From Paramicrosporidium saccamoebae KSL3 (lineage: Eukaryota; Fungi; Cryptomycota), in NCBI GenBank assembly GCA_002794465.1, contig MTSL01000191.1:1-25845 (forward strand): a stretch of DNA of 25,845 bases, in the 5' to 3' direction. The translations under genes and the position numbers were made by a program. The notes under the pieces were generated by a model. The model was not told the DNA's origin. It ran no database searches and worked only from the letters and a program-made list of their open reading frames with translations. Position 1 is the first letter of the stretch; every line of letters begins with the position of its first letter. Positions 1 through 10,195 of the stretch are shown here, in pieces.

Positions 1-216
1 AACAGGGGTGGTTATCAGGATTGCCGATTATAACCAGATATTGCTTAGTAAAATCTTAGTCTATGGGATCAAAGCTCTTCAAATCTTACTGCAAACCCCA
101 TACGGATCAAGACCCCTCAATTATTATTGTCAACCTCACACGGACCACAGCCCCATAATTCATACTACCAACCTCGCGCACATCAAACCCCCCACTATCA
201 CAAACACTATTTTTAA

Positions 217-1025
217 TTACGAGTCTTGGTGTGTTCGATAAAATTCTTGCAGATTGTACTTTTTAAACGCATGATATGAAGGTAAAATGCTGATCCCACA
301 CATTCCCTTGAAAACTTGGACCATGATGACAAAATCAGGCTTTTCTAGATCAACCTTGTGCTTTGGTCCAACAATGTCGGCCATAAGATCTATCACAGTC
401 CTTTTGTCAAATTGATTACTTAGCCGAGATTCAACAATGACGGCATATGTTCTTCGCGGTCCGTCAGTAGTATGGAATGTAGGGCTAATCAATGATGACG
501 ATTCCCTTCTAAGGTCTTCAATTGATGCCTTGAATATACGGGATAGCGGAATTAATCTTTGACAAAACCTAAAATCACCAAAACCTTGGGGAGGATTTAC
601 CGTGCGGCATTCACAGCTCCTGTGTCAGTTTTCCGGAATAAACTTCCTATGAGACTGACTGGATCGCCGATACTGGGCAGGGTCTTGATGAACACCATAC
701 AGTTGAGCTCTCCCATGCCAATGGCCTGATACTGTCTGGTCGATGTATTCTTCAATTCGGCAACCTCCTTGGCAATCTCATCAGCAAAACTTGCTGGTGG
801 CGCGGCGCTATCTGCAGACTCGGCCAGAGGACTAGTTCCGAGCTCGTCCAGTGCTTTGTCCAGCAGCTGAGATATTTCAGAGGTGCATCGAGCCTCTTGA
901 TTCCGAGAGCATGTAACCATTACTCCCATCATTCCCGGACAAACATCAAAGCTCTAAATCATTAGAAGTAAACCATAGTCAACTTTTCCACGCGATCCCT
1001 TCCTAAAGCGACCATCCTTGCCCAT
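217..1025 (-). CDS. TAN1: THUMP-domain tRNA acetylation adaptor (Tan1/THUMPD1)
   Basis: Spliced model with introns 954-983 and 569-600 reads MGKDGRFRKGSRGK-SFDVCPGMMGVMVTC...AAR-FCQRLIP...HKVDLEKPDFVIMVQVFKGMCGISIL...KKYNL, which are typical Tan1/THUMPD1 motifs. The first exon is less certain (GTT donor). Confidence 0.88.
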
Positions 1026-1039
1026 CAGGTTAACCCTAT

Positions 1040-2119
1040 TTATTTATTCGTAACATTCGAATAGTAATCATGAAGATACCTGTAGATAAAATCCAATTGC
1101 TCCTAATAACATTAGTTGCCGACTAAAAGGGACGAATACAAAGGTCTCTACCATGTCATTTCTACAGTGTCGAAATTCAATAATCGTTTTCAAGACCGGA
1201 TCATCTGCAACATTATTATCAAACCCGTTGGACAAGAGTGAATGCAGGACACAAAAAGTCCCCGTTCTCCCGATCCCAGCACTAGACACACGCATGAGTA
1301 TTAGATAGGGTTTTACCTGCAATGAACTACAATGGGTACTGCAGCTTGGTTAATAAGCTCTGCCTCGCAACAACGGAGCAGACTGGTCATGATGTCAAAA
1401 GTTACGGGGACACCATGATCTGGCCAAGTCGTATAATGAATCTGTGTCACAACCCTCTCTTCATCATTTAGAGTCAACCTAAAACGGCGTTGGATCATAT
1501 CTCCCTCTACTAAATCCACTTCTTGCTCCAGCTCGACAACAATTCCCGCAAATGTCAAAGGATGTTCTTCCAAAGGCCAATACTGCTCACACTAATGTCA
1601 GCATCGTGATTTCGTTCTACTTTGCGTTTCTGGACTTCCACCAGCATAATAATCAGGTGAACATTTTGTTCCCAGATCATGTGCCAAAAATCTGCAAATG
1701 TCGATGGAATCGGTGCCTGTGATGCTATATACGAGGTGGCAACGCCCTCTATCTAAAATCAAGCTAAGTCTCGGCACCTTGGAACTACGTTCATATGAGA
1801 GGCGTTTATGTACTCGTCACTTCCTTGACTCCCCTTGTAACGGAGCCTCACGCGATGATGTTCGTCTACCCATGAGATTCGAGAATCAATTACAAGGAAT
1901 TCGGTGGAGGTATCTGTTCTTGTATCGATAAGTTTCGTTGAACCGCCGATATTCATCATCAGTCCAGGTTGGAATCGAGTGGGTACGGGACATTAATTCC
2001 TAGGTAGTGTAGTCTATAACAGGAGGTGATACTGCAGCCTTTTGATCAATAATTTGCCCAGGACTATTTTCCGCAGAGAAGACATTTTTCAGGAATTCTG
2101 GATAAAAAGAGTCGGGCAT
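1040..2119 (-). CDS. Classical non-receptor protein tyrosine phosphatase
   Basis: Six introns (2000-2032, 1866-1893, 1753-1788, 1592-1620, 1282-1316, 1103-1139) restore the PTP motifs in order: KNRY..IPYEHHRVRL, YINASHM, YIASQAP, DFWHMIWEQ, KCEQYWP, WPDHGVP, HCSAGIGRTG, MVETFEQLDFIY. Confidence 0.93.
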
Positions 2120-2133
2120 TTACTAGTACCAAC

Positions 2134-2154
2134 AATATATTTTTTAAATATATT
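2134..2154. promoter_or_regulatory. AT-rich TATA-like tract in the 69-bp divergent PTP/ATP synthase f spacer
   Basis: AATATATTTTTTAAATATATT lies between two head-to-head ATGs (2119 on -, 2189 on +). Function is inferred from position only. Confidence 0.4.
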
Positions 2155-2188
2155 CCCTCCAAAGTCCCCGTTGACACTCCGACTTACT

Positions 2189-2504
2189 ATGGTTCTCTCT
2201 GCCTCGCGTTTATTTTCCACAGAGCCGAATTATTTGAAACAAGAGATCCATGAACTCGGCAAGACCAAGGTAAGCGACTTGCCAAAGACTGGAGGACAAG
2301 TGAAGAAAATATCCCGTGGTCTGTGGACTCGTTACACTGAGCGTTTCTTTGTGCGCGGAGGCGGTAGTTTTATGCCAGTGTTTCATATCATGCTTGGGAT
2401 TGGCATTCTCGGCTACAGCTGGGAATATTCTCACCTGAGTAGAAAATTGCATTTATATTGATCGTGTAGAGCACCAGCGTGATCATCCCGAAGAAGCACA
2501 TTAG
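2189..2504 (+). CDS. ATP17: Mitochondrial F1Fo ATP synthase subunit f
   Basis: Reads MVLSASRLFSTE (presequence-like)...GLWTRYTERFF...PVFHIMLGIGILGYSWEYSHL, then intron 2439-2469, then KHQRDHPEEAH*. The C-terminal TM segment GY.xEY.HL(K/R)H matches subunit f. Confidence 0.8.
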
Positions 2505-2623
2505 CTACTGAATAAATGTCTCCCTGCATCCGCAATAGGTAGGAAGGATGCTGCAGAATTGCCCATCTCCGCACAGACAAATGATGAAAAGATAATAATT
2601 TTGTTTAGCATTAATTTGTCGGC

Positions 2624-5363
2624 ATGCTTACTCGCCACAAGAAGGAGGAAGAAAGCGGTAGTCGCCTTGTCCATGACAATCTTATTGTTTAGGAGAACTT
2701 GGAATATTCACCCATATCGACAAGGCACTTGTTATCCAGGATGCCAAAATATTCAATGAAACCCCATTGAAAACTGCGAAATGTGTCACCGTTTTGACTA
2801 AACTCCTCTACCTTCTCTACCAGGGAGAGAAGCTCACTGCCAAGGAAGCAACCAACGTGTTCTTTGCCGTCACAAAGGCCTTCCAATCAAAGGATGTATG
2901 GTCAGAATATCATGACTAATTGTGTAGCCCAATTTACGCCGCCTGATTTACTTGGTTATCAAGGAACTGGCCGGGACCGCTCAGGATGTCATTATGGTCA
3001 TTAGCAGTCTCACTCAGGATATGAACACTATGCCCGTTTTTAAAGCAAATGCTATTCGTACGTTGGGAACCGTTGTGGACTCTACAATGATATCAGGAGT
3101 GGAGCGTGTGATTAAGCAAGCCATTGGAGATAAAAGCTCAAGTGTTGCCAGCTCAGCATTGACAACCTCTATTCATTTCCATGGTGAAAATCGTGAAGCA
3201 GTGAAACGCTGGCTTCCTGAGGCACAAGCATCCCTACAAGCGGGCCATGGTAAAACGATTGCACAGTATCACGCTCTCGGCCTGCTCTATCTCATCAAGC
3301 AGAATGACCGAATGGCCTTGAGTAAGCTCGTCCAGCAGATTCAAACTCAATCCAACAACATGCTCGCCACATGTTTAAATCTTCGGATCTATGGATTTCT
3401 GCTCTCGCTAGACTCTTCCCTGAGTGCCACGCCGCTTGATCTGAAGCCGTTTTTGCGATTGAGAGGGAAGGGTGATATGGTTTCCCTTGAGGCAGCCCGC
3501 ATTATTTGCGAGTTCAATGACCTATATGCTGGAGATGTCGCTTTTGCTATTACAACTCTCCAAATGTTCCTGAGTTCTGGCCGACCTTTGCTGCGCTTTT
3601 CTGCCATCCGTGCTTTGAATGACTTTGCTAATGTCGCACGTGAGCATGTTGCCGTTTGTAATGTGGACATTGAGGGACTGGTGGCCGATTCGAATCGTAA
3701 TGTTGCTACCTTGGCCATCACTACCCTTCTAAAGACCGGCAATGAGGCCAGTGTAGATCGTCTCATCAATCAAATCATGGGTTACGTTTCCGAGATTTCC
3801 GACGAGTTCAAGGTCATTGTAGTTGATGCTGTGCGCTCCTTGGGTCTCAAGTTCCCGAACAAGCACAAGACCATGCTGCAGTTCCTGGGAAACGTCTTAC
3901 GTGAAGAGGGTGGACTTGAGTACAAGGAAGCTACCGTGGATGCCATCTGCCAGCTGTTGGCAAATATTCCGAGCGCACGAGAGCCAGCTTTGGCACATCT
4001 CTGTGAATTCATCGAAGACTGCGAGTATCCCAAGTTGACAGCACAGATCCTGCATCTTTTGGGAGAAGAAGGTCCCCGTAGTGAGAATCCGGCAAAGCTG
4101 ATCCGCTACATTTATAACCGCCTCATCCTTGAGGACGCAGTCGTTCGTGTTGCTGCGGTCGGCGCCCTTACAAAACTTGCCGCCACCTGTCATAATCTCA
4201 AGGATGGAATTGTTTCCATTCTCAAACGCTGCCTGGATGACGATGAAGACGATGTCCGCGATCGTGCAGCCGTCAGCATCCGTGGATTGGAAGACGAAAA
4301 TATCGCTCAGGAATATTTCCTCATCGACGAAGCCTATGATTTGGCAGCCTTGGAGGCTCAGCTGATGGACTATGTTAACCAATCCGAGGCTGCATTCTCG
4401 GTTCGTCCATTTGACATTGACTCGGTGCCCACTGTGCCTAAAGCAACCTTGTTTGAAAAGGCTCGGGCCGAAATGATTGCTGCTACAGCTGCTACTAACG
4501 AGGTTGCATCTAATAAGCTGAACGCAGGGTCACCCACTGGAGTGGATCAAGTTGTTCCAGCCAACATTGCCACCCGGATCGATGAGATGCCTCAGTTTGC
4601 CGAATTTGGCCCCCTCTATTCCACCTCGGCTGCTGTTCCATTGACAGATGCTGAGACTGAATATGTTGTGAATGCTCGCAAACACATCTTTGCGGAACAT
4701 CTTGTCATTGAATTTGAATGTCGTAACACTGTGCGTGAATTGGTCCTGGAAAACGTGCAAGTTCAAGTTCAAGTGCAATCAGCCTCTCATCTTGAGCCTC
4801 TTTTCGCTCTCCCAATCTCCAAGCTATCATACGACGAGCCAGAATGCTCATACGTCGCTTTCAAGTCCAGCTCTAGTGAGCGCCCCGAAGCTACCTTTGT
4901 ATGCTCTCTTCGTTTCACAGCAATTGAAGTTGATCCCAACACTGGAAGCCGTATTGGACGCGGCAGCACCGACGAGTATCCAGTCGAGTCCATTGAACTC
5001 GGCTTGAGCGATTATATTCGATACCGGGATGTACAAGACTTTGGTCAAGACTGGAACACTCTGGAAAATGAACATATTGAAACTCTGGAATTGCCCTCGA
5101 TGCGTAGCATCTCCGAAGCTGTCAAGGCTGTGGCAGAGTTGGTAGGTGTCCGCGCTCATCGCGGGTCTGACCGCGTTGATCTTAGCACAAACACGCATTC
5201 TCTCCTGATGAATGGTTCCATTTATATGAGGGGACATTCGCTGGGTGCTAATTTTGCGATCCGAGCGAGATTTGCCGAGGGTACTTCGGGGATTGCAGTG
5301 GAACTTGCGGTTCGTTCCGTTGACCCTGATGCTACCATGGCTATTATTAGCGCTGTTTGCTAA
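2624..5363 (+). CDS. SEC21: Coatomer subunit gamma (gamma-COP)
   Basis: Introns 2658-2692 and 2896-2927 join MLTRHKKEEESGELGIF...KAFQSKD-PNLRRLIYLVIKEL to the 803-aa ORF, which contains EFKVIVVDAVRSL, HLCEFIEDCEY, YIYNRLILE and ETEYVV..KHIF. Confidence 0.97.
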
Positions 5364-5564
5364 TCGAAGGAGAATTATAAAAGTAAACTATTACGAGGTT
5401 GACATCATGTTGTAAAGAGGGGGATTAGTGGTATATTCAGCAAGTTATGTCGTTGGCGAGACGTTCAATTGTGGATCGATCTGACTACAAGTCTGCAATA
5501 CGCGAGTCCTGGTCCTTCTTTATGGACTAACTGCGGCGCGGCCAGATTATTTGCTGTATTACGA

Positions 5565-5584
5565 ATGGATGGATGGATGGGTGG
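5565..5584. repeat. Short (ATGG)n microsatellite
   Basis: ATGGATGGATGGATGGGTGG in the SEC21-MCMBP spacer. A similar tract lies in the EF-2 intron (about 25715-25730). Confidence 0.7.
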
Positions 5585-5658
5585 AGTATTATAGCCTCAT
5601 CACTACTAAAGAATGTGAGATTGGTCGTTTGCTTCACACTAACTCGTAACTATAGTGA

Positions 5659-7119
5659 TTATATTTTTGCAAGAATGAGAGCTCGTTTAAAATGCTCCAT
5701 AGACATTTGATTACATCCACAGCTTGCTGAAATCAGTCGAGAGATATTTAGCACGCGACTAAGATGATTCGGGTCAGCAGCGTCACCATTCCCGGCTTTG
5801 CGCTGATCAACATAAAACTCTTCAATCTCTCTGGCAGTCTCCTCAGTAATATCCACATCGATAGCTCGGCAATACTGAATGTATCCAGCAAAGGCTGCTG
5901 GTGCATCAGTGGGATCTAATTTGATAAAGTTGGTAGCGACAATAAAATCTTCAATTGGCAAGATACTTTTTCCGTGAGAAAGAGAGATAATTGGCACATT
6001 TGTGTGCACCGAAATGGGCTGGCCTCCAAAGTCGTATTGCACAGTCTGATGCATTATCATGTCGATAAGGGCCTGCATGTTCTTGGAGGCTCGTTCGGTG
6101 AGCTTCCCAGGAACAAGAGCACGCTCATCAATAATCACCAATGTCCCTGAGGGAATCTGCAAGACGCCCTGCTCCAGGACTCCCGATTCGTAATTCATCT
6201 TGGATGCAAATTCACCGGTTTCGAGCTCCTGGGGAGACAATTTGATCAACTTAGAGTAGGGAACAAGTTCTGTCAAGAATTCCACGAGACCTTCATATTT
6301 AGCATCATGTTGCAATCTAATGTTCAGCGGATAGTGCCCAATCAAAAGAGATGTTAAAAGTCCTGGCGACCTGCTCGAAATGCGAGACATTAAGGCTAGC
6401 AGCAACTTTTCAGATCCACTAGAATCGAATCCGCACGAGGTGAAAAATTTCAAGCAGGCATCTTTCGTGACACTGGCATCTCTCGTGGCGCTGGCGTCCC
6501 AAGAACTTGGAATCCGGCGAGGGACCATTTGCAGAGCATGTATTGTCGGCAAATTGTGAGGATATTCAGCATCCAACTCAAATTTGCCTTGAAAAATTCC
6601 ATAAATATCAACAAGTTCATTGACTTTGGTGTCAGCGCCGTCATACAAGAACACGAGATGCTTGGACGTTTGGATCTCGTCTCGACATGGGGGGGACGAA
6701 ACTACTACCATTTTGCGTCCAGTAATTCCGGAAAATTGCACAATTCCGTGTTCCAACTCGCCTTCCAACGAGAAGAGACCTGTTGGGCGGACATTTCCAT
6801 CGCTGTCAAGTCCTAATGGGACGAAGAACTGGTCACCAACAGAGTCGTGCTGAATCATGGCTGTCAATCGAACCAACTGCCCATCCTGAAGCTGTGGCTC
6901 TGTAGTAGATAACTGAGGGATTCTATCGAGGTCGTGCTCTGGAAAGCACTCGACAAATGACCTGGTAAGTAGTTCTAGGATATCACTGAATTGCGAGTTT
7001 AGGTCATGTCCACTTGACGCTAATAATCAGTCACATGGCTCACAAATGGTACAGATAACAGAGTCTAAGCACTTTTTGGGAAACTTAATATATTCGTCTT
7101 GCTCGAATTGAAGCGTCAT
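5659..7119 (-). CDS. MCMBP: Mini-chromosome maintenance complex-binding protein (MCMBP/Mcb1)
   Basis: Intron 7020-7052 links MTLQFEQ... to RIPQL...LVRLTAMIQ and to the degenerate MCM AAA+ block MNYESGVLEQGVLQIPSGTLVIIDE...QTVQYDF...LSHGKSILP. Confidence 0.88.
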
Positions 7120-7244
7120 GGCGACTGGTTATAAGACGAAATTGGTTAGAGGCCTGGTCATAAGGAGTTTAGATTAGTATATATGCTTACTGCTTACCCA
7201 CCGTGCTTATGGCACATATTAATGTTCGCAACTCTGAATGCACA

Positions 7245-8834
7245 ATGATATTGCTCCTCTTGGCATCCTTATTCCATGTGGGTAGGACGATCAAGATTTC
7301 TGCAAGCCCGAGACAGCTGCACTTTCGTCTGTGCAATGATGAAAAGCCTTTGATCTTGGCCTCTCTCGAGTATAATGACGAAGAAAATGTGGTCATAATG
7401 GCGCGACTCTTGGGCTGTAAAGAAATCCCTGTAACGGCATACTATGCTGCTTATGATGAAGAATCAGAGCAGTTTCTTGCAGAATTGCTAGCCGATCGGC
7501 TACTGGAACATGTCTTTCCGCATCCGGAATTGCATCCATACTTTTTTCCAGTGAGCCAGCTCGCCAAAAATACCTTTCTTCGAAGCTTTATTCTTGAAAA
7601 TTTTGACAGATATTCTCCTGGTGTTGTATATTTAGGGAAGGATGCAAAAAATATCTATGATGACGAACAACTCAGATATCTGCTTAGTCCAGTTGTGCGA
7701 TTCCCAAATTTACTAGGTGATGTCGAGGCTGGAAGGATGGCCTGGAAGCTAGGGCTCGACAGCGGCTGGGAAGTTGACTGTTCAGACACGCTAGATAAGC
7801 TGATAGCAAAGATCGAGCAAAACTGTGATATCAATCTTTTGCTCATTGGTGCACTGAGTATCCCCTTTGAAACTCTGGCTAGCCACATTGACCGAACATT
7901 GGAAAACGAGACCTTGTCCATTCTTTCCAATTTCCTGTCGGAGGGCACATGGATGAATGCGTACCAATCTTTCCTTAGCATTATAAAGGAACGAACCAGT
8001 AATGGTTCTGAAGCGAGAGTGGCATTGTGGCATGGACGTTTGTTGTTGGGAGCACTAGCTGTGCATCCAGAGCAGTCACACGTCTTAAAACGGTTTTTTA
8101 TTGAGTACTTTACCTCGTACGATCTAAGACTAATTCCTCCGTATATTGCATCAAAAATTGTTGAACAATTTCGAGAAACAAAGAGACTGAATTTTACAGA
8201 GGAGTTAGACCCTGATTTGATCGAGCTGTTGTCGTCAATAGAGGATCTCTTTTCTACAAAGGAAGGATTCTGGGGCGGAGTAAGTCAATATGCCAAACGT
8301 TTTAGCCTTGCCCTTGAGGGAGGGCGCCAGTTTGATTTCCCGACATATGCATGTGACACGAATGCGGCTGTTCGTTTCTTTGCCGAAGGGAAGATTGGTA
8401 GAGGCGAAAAGGTATTATTCCATGGATTTCCCACAAGACCGCTGCTATTGCAGCACTCTGACGGAAAAATATCAAAGTGTCATGATATGGTCCTATTTCT
8501 AGAAACTATGACTGACCTAGTGTTCATCGAGTCAGGAGTGTTTACTTTGGTGACAGATGGGCTCGCGATCGCATCTCGTGACGGAGCTCAGAATGCTGAT
8601 TTCTGGGTCACCGTCGGCCGTCTGCTAATATATAATCTTATTTACCGCAGCAAAATTGGGGTGAGGCTAAGTGGAAACTTTTGGCGTGGCATCTATAATG
8701 GAATGAATCCATTGCAAAATGCCATGTCAGGAAACATGCCGCGCAATCCAATGAGAGTCATCGCATCTGAATTATATGCATTGGAATTTACATACTACTT
8801 TCCAAAGCACATAATGTTACCTGTAGCCCCTTAA
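7245..8834 (+). CDS. Intronless orphan protein, probably secreted, with a C-terminal HECT N-lobe-like segment
   Basis: About 1.6 kb of open frame. The ATG at 7245 gives a hydrophobic N-terminus, MILLLLASLFHVG; an alternative in-frame ATG lies at 7209. The C-terminal DFWVTVGRLLIYNLIYRSKIGVRLSGNFWRGIY resembles a HECT N-lobe helix. The CDS is likely real, but the function is unknown. Confidence 0.7.
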   Translation: MILLLLASLFHVGRTIKISASPRQLHFRLCNDEKPLILASLEYNDEENVVIMARLLGCKEIPVTAYYAAYDEESEQFLAELLADRLLEHVFPHPELHPYFFPVSQLAKNTFLRSFILENFDRYSPGVVYLGKDAKNIYDDEQLRYLLSPVVRFPNLLGDVEAGRMAWKLGLDSGWEVDCSDTLDKLIAKIEQNCDINLLLIGALSIPFETLASHIDRTLENETLSILSNFLSEGTWMNAYQSFLSIIKERTSNGSEARVALWHGRLLLGALAVHPEQSHVLKRFFIEYFTSYDLRLIPPYIASKIVEQFRETKRLNFTEELDPDLIELLSSIEDLFSTKEGFWGGVSQYAKRFSLALEGGRQFDFPTYACDTNAAVRFFAEGKIGRGEKVLFHGFPTRPLLLQHSDGKISKCHDMVLFLETMTDLVFIESGVFTLVTDGLAIASRDGAQNADFWVTVGRLLIYNLIYRSKIGVRLSGNFWRGIYNGMNPLQNAMSGNMPRNPMRVIASELYALEFTYYFPKHIMLPVAP

Positions 8835-8887
8835 GAGCGACAATAGCCATGGTCAATTAAAGCACGATAAACTATGTTGTATAATAT

Positions 8888-10195
8888 CTACTTGATATGA
8901 TGCTGTTCAAGATGGATTGAGACCTCGTCATCTCGGAAACTGTGCGAGATAATCATCGTTCCCCAAGACGACTCCTTGTCGAGTGAAGTCTTTCGTCCGA
9001 CATGCTGAAATAAGTTGGGTAGTCTGAACAGCTCCTGATACCGCCAGCCATTCTTCTTTTCTTCAAGCGCAATAAACTTGCGAAAGTGCAGGTCTTTTTT
9101 TGGAAGTTCTTCCAGTCTATTGCCTGCCTCAAACTCGGTAAACTCGTTACTGATGTAGTCTCGGAATATCCTGAGCTCCTTTTTGGGATACACATTGGCT
9201 ACGCAAGAAGCTCCGATGTGTAAATCATGGACACCATTGGGATAGGTGAAAATGGTGTACTTTCCTAGTAAAACAATGAACGTTCCAAGCCCTACAAGAA
9301 GCGTGGCAAGGGAAGTCAGATTCGGCCTCAAAACAAAGTCACCTCTGCCGATAACCTGCGACTGTATTAATGCAACGTACCTGCGCTCCGTGAGCCTTAG
9401 ATACGCCTTCTGGCCAAGGCCGATGACAGAAATGACAATGGCCGCGAGCGTGATCGTAAAGAAAATAATAAGTATGACATCAGACGGAACCTGAACATTC
9501 CAAGTAATCCACTCAAAGGTAGAGAACAGCCTTAGTACCATCCAACGCTTGGGACTGAGGGATAAGAGGCTTAGGGTGGATAACAAGTCCTCTGCCCAAC
9601 GAGCAGATGCGACCGCGTCATCCTCCAACAGCAAAACAAACTCGCACCCCGAATCCAGTGCCGAATCCATTACCAGCATGTAATCAATCGTTTCCTTTAC
9701 AAAGTTCTCGTGTTCCTTATATTTGTCTGGATGTCTGTCGACCCGATAAGCCGCATCCTTCACCACCAAGAGATCTGCCAGAGCTGCAGCTTCCGTGTTC
9801 TGAGCCAAGGGAAGACTGAGGTTGTGGATCGTTATCCGTATCTTATTTTGCAGACGAATCGGGATCCGGGTCAGCAGGGCTGCCACGGTCTGAGTAAGGT
9901 ACCCCTCCGGTCTCGTGACTGATAAAATGTCTACGCAGAGGTATTTAGCAGAATCCATGTTGAATAGGGGCCCTTTGATTCCGTTGGCCTGCATGGATTT
10001 CCTCAAATCCTTCAAAGCTTTGGGGCTCTCCCTGATGCGCGACCTTTCCAGTCGCTTTAGTCGGTCAATGTCGTGTCGGTAATACAATGAATGAGGAAGG
10101 CTCCTACCAAATATGGCTAGCAAAATATGGAGAGGCACAAGTAGCAGTGCAATGAGGAGCAATTGTTGCGAATTCCATAGAGGCCAACTCTTCAT
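8888..10195 (-). CDS. PGAP4/TMEM246-like GT-A fold glycosyltransferase (GPI GalNAc transferase family)
   Basis: N-terminal TM, then HSLYYRH, KETIDY, VLLLEDDA (DxD-like), LRLF, two inserted TM helices ending LLGKY, KD, and PNLFQHVG..SL. The motif order parallels human PGAP4 (HSYFYLRH, KEKQDY, VLMVEDDA, LKLY, LVGRH, KD, PNLVKHIG..SSL) as I recall it. Confidence 0.78.
   Translation of the reverse strand: MKSWPLWNSQQLLLIALLLVPLHILLAIFGRSLPHSLYYRHDIDRLKRLERSRIRESPKALKDLRKSMQANGIKGPLFNMDSAKYLCVDILSVTRPEGYLTQTVAALLTRIPIRLQNKIRITIHNLSLPLAQNTEAAALADLLVVKDAAYRVDRHPDKYKEHENFVKETIDYMLVMDSALDSGCEFVLLLEDDAVASARWAEDLLSTLSLLSLSPKRWMVLRLFSTFEWITWNVQVPSDVILIIFFTITLAAIVISVIGLGQKAYLRLTERRYVALIQSQVIGRGDFVLRPNLTSLATLLVGLGTFIVLLGKYTIFTYPNGVHDLHIGASCVANVYPKKELRIFRDYISNEFTEFEAGNRLEELPKKDLHFRKFIALEEKKNGWRYQELFRLPNLFQHVGRKTSLDKESSWGTMIISHSFRDDEVSIHLEQHHIK

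Noticed and set aside
1-241. 77-aa plus-strand ORF, and an intron-like GTAAG...CATAG on the minus strand
   Set aside because: It starts at GTG, has no motifs and overlaps the TAN1 3' end. The minus-strand splice gives only a very short peptide. It cannot be resolved at the window edge.
4755-4779. CAAGTT hexamer repeat (VQVQVQVQ) in SEC21
   Set aside because: A short in-frame coding repeat within a likely beta strand of the appendage domain, not a separate element.
3389-5237. Multiple 70-160 aa ORFs overlapping SEC21
   Set aside because: Alternate-frame or antisense by-products with no recognisable domains.
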